Shown here in pieces: positions 46,201 through 55,757 of a stretch of DNA of 64,000 bases. The notes under the pieces are model-generated. The model was not told where the DNA came from. It made no database searches and saw only the letters and a program-made list of their open reading frames with translations. This DNA comes from a virus. Position 1 is the stretch's first letter. Each line of letters opens with the position of its first letter. The stretch lies in IMG/VR virus record IMGVR_UViG_3300032267_001142, positions 32,001 through 96,000 of that record. One strand, 5' to 3'. Both the position numbers and the translations under genes were made by a program.

Positions 46201-48126
46201 TTACGGAAGTGTCAGTTGCAAATGATTAGTAGTTTCGCCGTTGTGCAGATAGTTTATCATTCTTTGAGTAAAGAAGTGCGGCTGCAATACGACCTGAAAA
46301 GTTTTATTGCCGTTGTAGCCCTCTAACTGCATACTGTTATCATACGCGGGTTGCCATTCCAGCACTCTTTTTATTAGAGTCCCCACGAGCGGCTCAAAAA
46401 CTTCCCTAAATTTGGGCTTTGTCGCGATGTAGATATCCTTGCCCACATAGACGTTATTTTTGGCGTCTTCTAGCAAAGCGGTAATGTAAAGAGCGTCTCC
46501 TAAAGACTCTGGTATATTGATGAGCACCCTGTTTTCTGGTAGACCCTCTAGCGAATCTAACTCAGAAGAGTTTTTCTTCAATTTATCGTTCTCTTGCTCG
46601 GCGATGTGACGAAAATAATTTTCGACATTCTGGCGCGGCACGTTTTTAGCAAGTTCCGACATCCAATATTTTACGCCCTCATCGTCGTCCGCGACTTCCA
46701 TATTGAGGATTTTTGAATACAGGCTTTTAACCCAAATTCTATCGTCAGTCGAGTCCTCTATTACGGCGGAGGGGTTTTTTGGTTTTACGGAAAAGTCGAA
46801 ATCGTAATCACTTAGAGGGAAGCTGTCCAATAATTGCTCAAACTGCTGTCCGATTTTTTCTATCGAGAAGTTCTCCAAGACCCACTGTCTTGCTTTTTTG
46901 CCCATCGCCTCTCTTTTTTCTAAGGCCATGTCTGAGACCTTCTTTAGGGAACTGGATATAGAATAGACACTCGTATTCGCTTTAATAAACGAACTGACGC
47001 CCTCACGATAAGAGCTGAACTCAAGAGGTATGGACGCAGCCCCCTCCTCGCAGTTATCTTCACCGCAGGAATAGTTCGTGACTAGAGTAACTAATTCCGC
47101 CAGCTTCGCTTCTTGAATGGTTCGCTCTTGTCCGCCGCTAGTGAAAGCATGCGCGTAAACGTCCAGCAGGTTATACCATTCATTTAGTTGAGACTCAGTA
47201 ACGCCGTCTTTTATATTGACCGTGACTAAGGAGTTTTTGTGTCCTGTCTCGGGATTATCTAAGTCTTGTCCAGCGTAAGGAAGAATATACATTCGTCCTG
47301 TAGAGCGGCACTTATAAGTAGCCAATACGTCGGACTCATTGAGTCCGTTTTGTTTGATTAATGGCGGCAAATCCCACCCCTCACCCCAATGAGTGTGAAG
47401 GAGGAGTTTGGCGTTTTTCTTTGGGTTTTTTTTCTTGAAATCGGCGAATCCTTCTATGAGTTGCGGAAAGCTTTTCCTTAGCTGATTTCTGCTGCACATG
47501 CCCACGCAGAAATCGCTTGGAGATATTCCGTAACGATGGCGCAATTCTTCACGAACACTCCGATTCAGCTTGAAAAATGCTCCGCTATTAACGCTTCCTC
47601 TCAAAGTCTTTACGTGGGTTTGGCCCCTAGCGTTCATATCCTTTGTCGCGAAATCTGCCCAAGAAAAGAAATACGGAGTAGCTTTAGCTAGCTCGAAGGC
47701 CATCTCTAAAATAGGTCTTGAATCGAGAGTTGTATGCACGACGCAAGGTATTTTGTTCCACCACGGCTTGTCCTTGAAGAATGCCAGTCCCCAAATATCT
47801 TCTACACCGATAAAAACGTCAGGCTTGACGGCTTTAACCACGTCATTAGCCCTATAATCTCCATAGTTGGCGAGCTTGAATGTGCGCTCGTCAGCCTGGA
47901 GAGATTGCAGCTCTTGTGGTGTGTTGGGGAGTGCTCCGTGACACTTCCACGGCCACTTGCTGAATTCAGGATAACCTTCGGTTACTGCCCCAGCTAATAG
48001 ATGAAGCTCGTATTTTCCGGTTTTATATAGGTAGGTCAGAAGCTCCCTCATGAAGCCACCGAAGCCGGTTTTCAGACCGCAATAATTCCCCGAAATTAAG
48101 ACCCTCTTTTTTCTAAGCTCGCTCAT
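46201..48126 (-). CDS. GT4-type glycosyltransferase with DUF4214-like and GT9 N-terminal-like extensions
   Basis: KTGFGG, RNQLRKSFP, GQERTIQEAKL (E-x7-E); then LYSKILN...EGVKYW; then INIPESLGDALY. Confidence 0.75.
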   Translation of the reverse strand: MSELRKKRVLISGNYCGLKTGFGGFMRELLTYLYKTGKYELHLLAGAVTEGYPEFSKWPWKCHGALPNTPQELQSLQADERTFKLANYGDYRANDVVKAVKPDVFIGVEDIWGLAFFKDKPWWNKIPCVVHTTLDSRPILEMAFELAKATPYFFSWADFATKDMNARGQTHVKTLRGSVNSGAFFKLNRSVREELRHRYGISPSDFCVGMCSRNQLRKSFPQLIEGFADFKKKNPKKNAKLLLHTHWGEGWDLPPLIKQNGLNESDVLATYKCRSTGRMYILPYAGQDLDNPETGHKNSLVTVNIKDGVTESQLNEWYNLLDVYAHAFTSGGQERTIQEAKLAELVTLVTNYSCGEDNCEEGAASIPLEFSSYREGVSSFIKANTSVYSISSSLKKVSDMALEKREAMGKKARQWVLENFSIEKIGQQFEQLLDSFPLSDYDFDFSVKPKNPSAVIEDSTDDRIWVKSLYSKILNMEVADDDEGVKYWMSELAKNVPRQNVENYFRHIAEQENDKLKKNSSELDSLEGLPENRVLINIPESLGDALYITALLEDAKNNVYVGKDIYIATKPKFREVFEPLVGTLIKRVLEWQPAYDNSMQLEGYNGNKTFQVVLQPHFFTQRMINYLHNGETTNHLQLTLP

Positions 48127-48137
48127 TAAACTCCTAG

Positions 48138-48770
48138 TTATTCAGAAGCGAAAGGGTCGTCTTCAATTTCGATTTGCTCTTCCTGCTCCGGCGCTGGCGG
48201 AGCAGATTTCTTGCTGCCGCCCGATGCTTTTTTGGCCGGAGCTGCCGCTTGCTCGTCTTCTTCCTTCTGCTTTCTATCGAAGAACTCTTGGCGTCTCTTT
48301 TTATCTTCGGCGTAAAGAGCGCTAAAGATATGGTCGAGCGAGAACTTCAGGAACTCTCGCAACACGGTGAATTCGCTCGGGGCGAGACCAATGGAAAAGG
48401 TTTGCTTGTCCGATGAGTCCTCCAAGTTGGTTCTCGTTATACGCAGCCCGAGCCCGCGTAATTTACCACGCTGGTCACCTTCGGTTTTTTCGTAGAATGG
48501 AGCGAAATGGATTTGGGAATTGTTCTTGGCGCTCTTGTGAAAGGTGCTGAACTCAATTAACTTTTCGCAAGTGAGCAGAAGCCCACCAATCTCAGTAAGA
48601 CTGAACTTCGCATTAGCTTTTTCGCCACCCTTGAAAGAGCCAGTTCGTTCGGACTCATTCCATCCAGTCTGCTTGACGAATTCGACAAAAAGACACTGCT
48701 CTTTGCTGTTGAAGGAAAAGGAGCACGCTGCCCCAGTATTACCGCGATTAGGCTTATAGAATTGTAGCAT
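48138..48770 (-). CDS. Single-stranded DNA-binding protein, Whirly/PC4-like fold candidate
   Basis: LFVEFVKQTGW...FSLTEIGGLL; acidic C-terminal tail IEIEDDPFASE. Confidence 0.55.
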   Translation of the reverse strand: MLQFYKPNRGNTGAACSFSFNSKEQCLFVEFVKQTGWNESERTGSFKGGEKANAKFSLTEIGGLLLTCEKLIEFSTFHKSAKNNSQIHFAPFYEKTEGDQRGKLRGLGLRITRTNLEDSSDKQTFSIGLAPSEFTVLREFLKFSLDHIFSALYAEDKKRRQEFFDRKQKEEDEQAAAPAKKASGGSKKSAPPAPEQEEQIEIEDDPFASE

Positions 48771-48782
48771 ATTTATGTATTA

Positions 48783-51700
48783 TTACGGAATTGGGTCTGA
48801 AGTCAAGGCTCTATTATTAGATTCCATGTCTTTTTGCACGTCCTTGAATTTGCAGTAGATTTTCAAAGACTGGTCGCTTATTCTGTCTAGAAAGATTGAA
48901 TCGCCGTGCTTTTTTCCAGAACAGAAGACTATCGAGTCTTTCGCTGGGAGCGACCCGTCGTGTAGAGCTTTCGTTCCTGATATCTTGTCCCCATCTTTTG
49001 TAGCGAAGATTAACGCTGTAATTGTTCCGGTCTCATCGCTGAGCTGCCAGCGAGCGTATCTAGTCTTCTTCTCGTTTTGTGCGACACCTTCGTAAGGCTT
49101 GTCGGAAACGACGGCTACAAAGCTACAGCGCTCACCTTCACTGGCACCGTTAAGTTCCTCTACGCTATACAAGACGCTGCCATCTGGAGAGTCAAATATT
49201 TCTGACAGCTTGTGGCTGTAGCTGTATCCGAGCAGCATTCTTTCGTAAAAGAAGTTTGCCATTTCTAAGTTTTTACGGTTCATTTCCCAAATAGCTCGGA
49301 ATGGCTCGCTTTTCTTTTTTATCGTTGCCATTCGTGACGGCTTGATTACGGGTTTACCGTCCGCGCCGATACCCGAAGCTAGTGAGTTGATTACCGCCGA
49401 TAAGCTGTGTTTGAACTGCTCGCCTCTATCAATACAGGCTTTCTTTTCTCTATCCGTCAAAAGGTTCCATACTTGAGCCTCCCAGACTAACCTTGGGCGG
49501 TCATAAGAACCTCCCACGCCATCAAAGCATCCGCTTTGTATTAGCGCCGCCAAGACGTTTACGGTGAGTCCGGCGTTATTAGCGGCCTCGAAAATCTCGA
49601 ACTTGGACGAAAACTCATCTCGAAAACAATTTAGCTTTGCGATGGACTTGTCGGAAATGCCTTTAATCATTGAGAGTCCAAATCTGATATCAGGCCCCTC
49701 GATAGTGAAATCCATCTCCGACTTCAAAATATTAGGAGGCAAAAGCTTGATGCCAAAGTTGCGAAGCTCCATTTGGATTTTGGTTATTTCCTCGACTGGC
49801 TTCGGTTCATTTTTTGCTTCTTGTAAAAGAGCGCAAAAGAACTCTTTCGGATACTTGAATTTCAAGTAAGTGGTTAGCGCCGATAGGCTGGCATAGGCTA
49901 CGCTGTGGCTATTTGAAACGACTAAACCGTCCGCATAAAAATTATGGTCTTTGTGAGCTACCTCTAAATCTAGCGTCGTTTTGAAGCCTATTGATTCATA
50001 AGATTTAACTTTTGTAACTCGCCTGTCTCTACACACGATATTTAAGTTTTGAGAAATAATATCCCTTAGTGGTCTCATTATCATGTCGTCGCAAAGGAGT
50101 TTATGTTCCATTGAGCATTTTATCACCTTCCCATCTTCCATCTCTACTTCAAATAGCTCCCGTTTCGCTTCCGTTTTATCTAAGACTTTGACGTAGCGAT
50201 TCACACGCTCATCTGTATCGAAACCGAGGACTTCGTCTCCTATTTGAATATCGAACAGCATCTTGTCTCCGTTTGGAGTCTCGACAACGGTGTCAGGCGA
50301 AAGGCATTTATTAAATGAATAGCTCGCGCTTTCTTCGAGAATCTTCCACAACATACTGCCAAGCTCTTCTGGCAGACCTTGTTCTTTTATTTTTTCTGAA
50401 ATCTTCTGCTCCCATTCTTTAACTTCGTTAATCTTCTTTTTCCCAACCACGCGACGCAAAACCTCGGCCTGCTCTAGACTAAACCCGATGGCGTTGGCGA
50501 GCTGCATCATTTGCTCCTGATACAGACATACGTTTCTGGTGGCCGCTAATATCTTGGCGAAAAGATGATGCACTTTATCTGCTTTTACGTTATTTTTCGC
50601 GTATCCCTCCAAATAGCTAAGCGCACCAGGCCTAGCAATAGCAACCACGTCGGCCAATTCCGTTAAATTCTTTGGTTTAACCTCTCTACACACTTTGAGG
50701 TTAGTAGGGGCTTCTAGCTGGAAAATACCATGCGCCGTATTCAGGTTTTGTAAATTATCGTAAATTACGGGGTCGTCATGGATATTTACGTCGTCGAACT
50801 TAATCCCGACGCTCTTCATAACGCGAGAAACGACGGAGCAGCAACGCACGCCAAGCAAATCCAGCTTGAGCGTCAAATAAGCGACTTCGTCCATCGTCAA
50901 AGAGGTGGCTATATTGATGTCGGCCTCTTCCTCGGAGGACTTCGCTTTTTCTAGAGGCAGAAATTCTGCTACTTCATCGAAAGAAACTACATAACCAGAT
51001 GGGTGCGTGCCTCTGTTTCTGATGATGTCTCTTAGACGTAGAGATATATCATAAGCTTCTGGGTTTTTAACAGCCCAGTTATTAAAGTCCTTGCTGCCAG
51101 CTTTTGCCTTTTCCAAATCCTCAACGACGCCGAACTTCTTTGGAATCATGTCCGACACGGTTTTCATTTCTTCGTCGCTATAGCCGCAGACGATTTTTCC
51201 GATATCTTTGATTAAGACCTTTCCGCTTAGAGTGCTTAAGGTACTGATTTTGCATACCTTTTTCGGATACAACGAATGCAAATAAGCGACGACCTCTTTT
51301 CTGCGCTCTTGCTCGATGTCGATATCAACGTCTGGGGCCAAGCTTCCGTCAATATACGTCACTCCATCGACTATTTTCTTCTTCGCTCGTGTCTCAGAAA
51401 CGAATCTTTCAAAAAATAGACCATAGCGAATGGGGTCGTTTGCCGTAATCCCAAGAAGGTAGAAAACCAGACTACCGCCAGCCGAGCCGCGTCCATAGTC
51501 TCTGGCGATGCCGGTCCTATCACAAAAAGACGTGACCTTCCACACTAACAAGACATAATCGACAAATCCGAGCTTGTCGAAGAGCGCTAACTCTTTCTTA
51601 ACGCGCTCGGCGTATTCCGCCCACTTGCTTTTTTGTATCTTCTTTGTAAATCCGGCACGAGCTAAGCACGTCAAGAACTCCAAATTAGAACTTCCCAAAG

Positions 51701-51818
51701 GGGCGCTGGCAGCAGCGCGCTCTTCATCAGAAATAGAAATCGAAGGCAACCTTACATACCCGTAATTCTCAAACTTGTAATCAGTGAACTGTTCTATGAA
51801 GTTTTCTTCTGCTGGCAT
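48783..51818 (-). CDS. dnaE: DNA polymerase III alpha subunit (PHP-less) with intein
   Basis: GRGSAGGSLV, PDVDID, KLDLLG, GIFQLE, LYQEQ, FNK|SHSVAY, IRFGLSMIKG; C-terminal OB fold. Confidence 0.95.
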   Translation of the reverse strand: MPAEENFIEQFTDYKFENYGYVRLPSISISDEERAAASAPLGSSNLEFLTCLARAGFTKKIQKSKWAEYAERVKKELALFDKLGFVDYVLLVWKVTSFCDRTGIARDYGRGSAGGSLVFYLLGITANDPIRYGLFFERFVSETRAKKKIVDGVTYIDGSLAPDVDIDIEQERRKEVVAYLHSLYPKKVCKISTLSTLSGKVLIKDIGKIVCGYSDEEMKTVSDMIPKKFGVVEDLEKAKAGSKDFNNWAVKNPEAYDISLRLRDIIRNRGTHPSGYVVSFDEVAEFLPLEKAKSSEEEADINIATSLTMDEVAYLTLKLDLLGVRCCSVVSRVMKSVGIKFDDVNIHDDPVIYDNLQNLNTAHGIFQLEAPTNLKVCREVKPKNLTELADVVAIARPGALSYLEGYAKNNVKADKVHHLFAKILAATRNVCLYQEQMMQLANAIGFSLEQAEVLRRVVGKKKINEVKEWEQKISEKIKEQGLPEELGSMLWKILEESASYSFNKCLSPDTVVETPNGDKMLFDIQIGDEVLGFDTDERVNRYVKVLDKTEAKRELFEVEMEDGKVIKCSMEHKLLCDDMIMRPLRDIISQNLNIVCRDRRVTKVKSYESIGFKTTLDLEVAHKDHNFYADGLVVSNSHSVAYASLSALTTYLKFKYPKEFFCALLQEAKNEPKPVEEITKIQMELRNFGIKLLPPNILKSEMDFTIEGPDIRFGLSMIKGISDKSIAKLNCFRDEFSSKFEIFEAANNAGLTVNVLAALIQSGCFDGVGGSYDRPRLVWEAQVWNLLTDREKKACIDRGEQFKHSLSAVINSLASGIGADGKPVIKPSRMATIKKKSEPFRAIWEMNRKNLEMANFFYERMLLGYSYSHKLSEIFDSPDGSVLYSVEELNGASEGERCSFVAVVSDKPYEGVAQNEKKTRYARWQLSDETGTITALIFATKDGDKISGTKALHDGSLPAKDSIVFCSGKKHGDSIFLDRISDQSLKIYCKFKDVQKDMESNNRALTSDPIP
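49911..50306 (-). mobile_element. Mini-intein (132 aa, no homing endonuclease) in DnaE
   Basis: Starts CLSPDT, block B CSMEH, block F DLEV...HNFYADG, ends VSN followed by Ser; removal restores FNKSHS. Confidence 0.93.
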
Positions 51819-53338
51819 AGGAATCTCCTTAGTTTATCAATTTGTGGATTTATTTCCAGCACTTTCTTCGCTCTGGTAGCGGCGACATAGATGAGGTTCA
51901 TTTCTTGCGGGTCTACATCTTTATCGTCCGCGAGTCTTTCTTTTCCTGTATCTGGGTCAGATATGACCATGTCTGAAAAGTCATCAGTGAGTTTCACTTG
52001 GTCGAATTCCAAGCCCTTACTTCGGTGAGCAGTTACGAATTTTATGTCCGCTTCGCTCGGGTCTATAGATTTCGTTATTATTTTTCTGATGATGTCGGGG
52101 ACTTCATGAGTATATTCTAGGACCACAGAGGTTCTCGCTTGCAATTCCAAATCAGGTGCATCCTTATCCCTGATTACCCTAAGAAAGGATTCAAAATTGT
52201 CAAACCTCTTTATGTAGGAGTCCTTTATTCCAGCTTTGTTTCTGGCAAAAAGGTGATAAACGTCCTCTATTCGGTCGAAGAAGTAGTGCTTATATGGACT
52301 CCAGTTATCCTGTTCCCTAGTTCCTACCCATCCGAAAGTCGCGAAGTTGCCTCGTTCTTTTAATGTCTGCGCGGCTAAACGAAATAGAGAACCATTCGTT
52401 CTAGCGATTACCGTATAAGGCTTGCTCTCCTCTACTTTTTGTAGCTTGTCTCCTTTATTCAGACCGACGACGGCGCAAGTCTCTTTTTTCATGTTCTTAA
52501 GGATAGTATTAGCAACCTCTGAGACGCTGTCTCCGAAGCGGAAGCTGCCAGTAAGCCTCATCTCTATATTCCCTTTCAGTTTGTCCAGAGCGTTTTCCGC
52601 CCATCTAAATGCATAAATTGCTTGATGAGAGTCTCCGACGGCAATCCTCGCACAGTCTTGCGACTGGAAGATGTCGATGACGACGTCGCTAGTGTCGTGC
52701 GCCTCGTCCAGTAGAATTACGTCGTAATCGAGTTTCGGCTGCGAGAGTTGAAAAAGCTTAAGATACCCGTCGTGCGTCATAGGCATTTTGAGGTTTTTTG
52801 TGTCGCACATCTTTTCCCACACCTCTTTGGCTTTCTTGATTAGGAAAGCTATAGTCTCTGGGCTCTTCTTCCATGAAAGCTCCTCCACTGAGGATTCGGA
52901 ATCGAGCACTAGGTGTTTTTCACAGATGTCTCTGTCGGAGCTTGCGGCGAACTTTCCGATTACATCTGCGATGTATTTCGCTACTGGATACGTCAATCCC
53001 GCGACTTGGTCTTTGACATCGTGCGGTCTTAGATATCCAAGCTTGTGCTTGTAGATGAAACCTTTCTTATTAAACGCGACAGAGTGAGTCGTCGCACACT
53101 TGACGTTAGAAGGGAAAGCCTTTCTGGCTTCGGCGGCGACCGAAGTGTTAAAGGCCAAATAAAGAAAAGACTTGTCAGGATATGCTTTAGTGTATTCCCT
53201 TAGCGTTGTCGTCTTGGTGCATCCGGCAAATGCGTAGATTTTCATGAAATCTCCGCGCTTAAGATTGACCGCCACTATATCTTTCTGCTCTTGAGTTAAA
53301 TTCAGTGTATTTTCCATGATTATAATTCGACTTTCCAA
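51794..53338 (-). CDS. SF1 UvrD/FBH1-like DNA helicase
   Basis: AFAGCTKT, YLAFN, LLDEAHD, VGDSHQAIY, SFRFG, TAHRSKGLEF, IYVAATRAK. Confidence 0.88.
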   Translation of the reverse strand: MESRIIIMENTLNLTQEQKDIVAVNLKRGDFMKIYAFAGCTKTTTLREYTKAYPDKSFLYLAFNTSVAAEARKAFPSNVKCATTHSVAFNKKGFIYKHKLGYLRPHDVKDQVAGLTYPVAKYIADVIGKFAASSDRDICEKHLVLDSESSVEELSWKKSPETIAFLIKKAKEVWEKMCDTKNLKMPMTHDGYLKLFQLSQPKLDYDVILLDEAHDTSDVVIDIFQSQDCARIAVGDSHQAIYAFRWAENALDKLKGNIEMRLTGSFRFGDSVSEVANTILKNMKKETCAVVGLNKGDKLQKVEESKPYTVIARTNGSLFRLAAQTLKERGNFATFGWVGTREQDNWSPYKHYFFDRIEDVYHLFARNKAGIKDSYIKRFDNFESFLRVIRDKDAPDLELQARTSVVLEYTHEVPDIIRKIITKSIDPSEADIKFVTAHRSKGLEFDQVKLTDDFSDMVISDPDTGKERLADDKDVDPQEMNLIYVAATRAKKVLEINPQIDKLRRFLCQQKKTS

Positions 53339-53994
53339 ATCAGTTTTTTCCAGATTTTTTCCAATAATTGCACATCGTAAAGGGCGTCGTGCGCCAGGCT
53401 CGGGTCATAAGGCACCTCTAGTTCGGAGCAAAGACTGAGTATAGAAGTTTTCAAACCTTTCTCAAAATAACCAGCCATTTTGTATTGAAACGCGAGAAAC
53501 TCGATTGAGTCTTTAGGAATTTTTACGCCTAGCTTCCACGCTTTAGCTATAGCATTAGAATCTATAAGACGACCCAAATAAGAGTAGTCTTCGGATAAAC
53601 CGAGTGCCCTTCTATGGATTTGGTGCAAATAGATATCGAAGTTCAAAGCGTTATGCGCGACGAGAGTGACTTTAGGGTCTGAAAGAAGAGACTCTATACG
53701 TTCGAGACCTTCTTCTGGAGTGATGCCGTATTGGTCTACTTTGGGTTGATAGAATCCTGTAATTCTTGCCGCCCCTTTGCTAACTCTAAGGTTCGGCCAC
53801 TTAACCAAAAATGAACCTTCGCTGATAGTTCGTTCCAAAGTGCAGTGCTTCCATCCCCACTGCCACGGAAGGTTCTCCGGAGCTGCTAAATTCAAATTAC
53901 AAGACTCGCAGTCGAAAAAAACATACTCGCGGGTTTTGTCGTATCTTATCAGTTCTTCGCCTATCATATTAGGAGTTCTCCAAAAAGTTGTCAA
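53320..53994 (-). CDS. DEDDh 3'-5' exonuclease (Pol III epsilon-like)
   Basis: FFDCES, VAHNALNFD, AHDALYD. Confidence 0.85.
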   Translation of the reverse strand: MTTFWRTPNMIGEELIRYDKTREYVFFDCESCNLNLAAPENLPWQWGWKHCTLERTISEGSFLVKWPNLRVSKGAARITGFYQPKVDQYGITPEEGLERIESLLSDPKVTLVAHNALNFDIYLHQIHRRALGLSEDYSYLGRLIDSNAIAKAWKLGVKIPKDSIEFLAFQYKMAGYFEKGLKTSILSLCSELEVPYDPSLAHDALYDVQLLEKIWKKLIWKVEL

Positions 53995-54727
53995 AACCGA
54001 ATCGCGAAGAAGAGTAGTGTTCTAGATTCGGGCATTCGAGAGTTGAGCGTTTACCGATGCATTTAAGGGCTTGATGTGCTCTGGCGTGAGCCTTAGAGTA
54101 GTAATAAACAGTATGGGCTTTTACTTGTTTAGATTGGTCTACATAACCGTTCAAATAGTGCTGAATCAAACCTTCAAATGGCAGTCCATGCCTCTCGCTA
54201 AAGAAGGTAGGAACCACAGGGAACTCTGGTGTGGCCATATGCGCGTATTCGAGAGTGTTTCTCGCGATAAACGACGAGTAGAATGGTATTCCTAGTGTTA
54301 AATTATCCGTCCACAGTCGCTTAAGTGCTGTGTTGCCTATCCTTGGGCGATAATAAAACCCATGAAGACTCGCGTGAGAGGAGATAGCGATTAAGTCCTT
54401 ATATCCTTGCGAGTTTTTAGCGAATACGATTATACCGCTTTCAGTGCGCAAAGAGTCGGGCGTTTTATCTTCTTCGTTCTGACAGAGGCAAAGTTTCAGT
54501 CCGAAAGTGAACGGAACACCGCACTCTTTCGAGGTTTTGAAGGCCGACCAGAAGCCGGAGATAGATGAGTCTGTGATGACCACTCTCGGCAATTTATGTT
54601 TGGCCGCGATAGAAAAGATACCTACCGGAGCGGGCGTGTTTAGGTCGGGTCTATCTTTCTCGCTCTGAAATCCGATAGTCAAAACCGAGTCGGTTAGGGA
54701 GTGGTCTGAGACAAAAAGAGGTATCAT
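53969..54727 (-). CDS. Stand-alone PHP domain of Pol III alpha
   Basis: SDHSL, VVITDSSISGF, FGLKL, VFAKNSQGYKDL, AHTVYY. Confidence 0.8.
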   Translation of the reverse strand: MIPLFVSDHSLTDSVLTIGFQSEKDRPDLNTPAPVGIFSIAAKHKLPRVVITDSSISGFWSAFKTSKECGVPFTFGLKLCLCQNEEDKTPDSLRTESGIIVFAKNSQGYKDLIAISSHASLHGFYYRPRIGNTALKRLWTDNLTLGIPFYSSFIARNTLEYAHMATPEFPVVPTFFSERHGLPFEGLIQHYLNGYVDQSKQVKAHTVYYYSKAHARAHQALKCIGKRSTLECPNLEHYSSSRFGFDNFLENS

Positions 54728-54766
54728 CTACCCGCAGAATACCTAAATTTGAACACTCGGGCAAGA

Positions 54767-55756
54767 CTATTTATTGAAATGCGGGCATCCCGCATACCTT
54801 CTCTTGACTACATACTGCCCCTTGCTTTCGTCTGCCGTCATTTTTTCAAGAGAGGTCGAAACAGTCTCGTCCTTATCGTTGCAAAGGCTGTAGTATTCAA
54901 AAGGAAACTTGAAAGAACATCCCCATTTGGGGCTTCCATCCGCTTTGGTCTCGTTGGGCTTCTTGCATCTTCCACAGAGCAGCGGGCCAGAAAATCCCTC
55001 AGATGGCATCGGTTTTTTCGCAGCAAGATTAGTAGTGGCGTCTCTAGGAGAGAATCTGCCTATCTTATCGCTAGTTTGCTTAAGGTATTCCTCGAATTCT
55101 TCGAGTTCGGCTTCGGAAAATCTAAGGCGTTGAATCGGCGCGTCGGGGAACTTCAAAAATAGAAACTCTACTACGGGCTGTAACGCTGGGTTAATCTTCT
55201 TCGAGGCGAGGGAATACATTTTCGCTTGGACATTGTCAGTTAAGTCTTCGCCGTCGAACTTCTTCTTGGAGGACTTGTAGTCGACAATCCTAGCTAATCC
55301 CTTTTCTGGATATAACGCGTATTTATCAATAAAACCCGCAATCCTATAGTGACCTAGAGGGTCAACAATATCGAACTTCTTTTCGCACTCTAAGCTTGCG
55401 GCGCGGCCCTTCTCACAGAAGAAGTCATTAGACAGCGCGGTGATTACCATATCGTCAATTTTGTCGATATCACTTGCGCACATACCGCTTGCAGCGTGCG
55501 TGCTCAGATAAGTCTTGACGTATCTATGAATTGCCGCGTCCTTTTTAATGCTTCGCGGATGAGCCATTATTAACTCAAACTTCTGTCTGTTTTTGGGTTT
55601 CAACAGATGCTCAAGAATCATATGGCAACAACTACCAGACAAAGCTCCCGTATTGGTTTTGTCAGGAAGCTTGAGCACATACTTCGCGTGATAAATCCAA
55701 GAGCAGCTTTCAAATGTCTTTATTCGGCTGGCCGAAAGAGGAACTAAGTCTTTCAT
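54767..55756 (-). CDS. PD-(D/E)xK nuclease, AddB/Cas4-like with Cys cluster
   Basis: LSASRIKTFESC, GFID, IVDYKS, Q-x3-Y, CGRC...C; likely start ATG 55756. Confidence 0.8.
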   Translation of the reverse strand: MKDLVPLSASRIKTFESCSWIYHAKYVLKLPDKTNTGALSGSCCHMILEHLLKPKNRQKFELIMAHPRSIKKDAAIHRYVKTYLSTHAASGMCASDIDKIDDMVITALSNDFFCEKGRAASLECEKKFDIVDPLGHYRIAGFIDKYALYPEKGLARIVDYKSSKKKFDGEDLTDNVQAKMYSLASKKINPALQPVVEFLFLKFPDAPIQRLRFSEAELEEFEEYLKQTSDKIGRFSPRDATTNLAAKKPMPSEGFSGPLLCGRCKKPNETKADGSPKWGCSFKFPFEYYSLCNDKDETVSTSLEKMTADESKGQYVVKRRYAGCPHFNK

Positions 55757-55757
55757 A

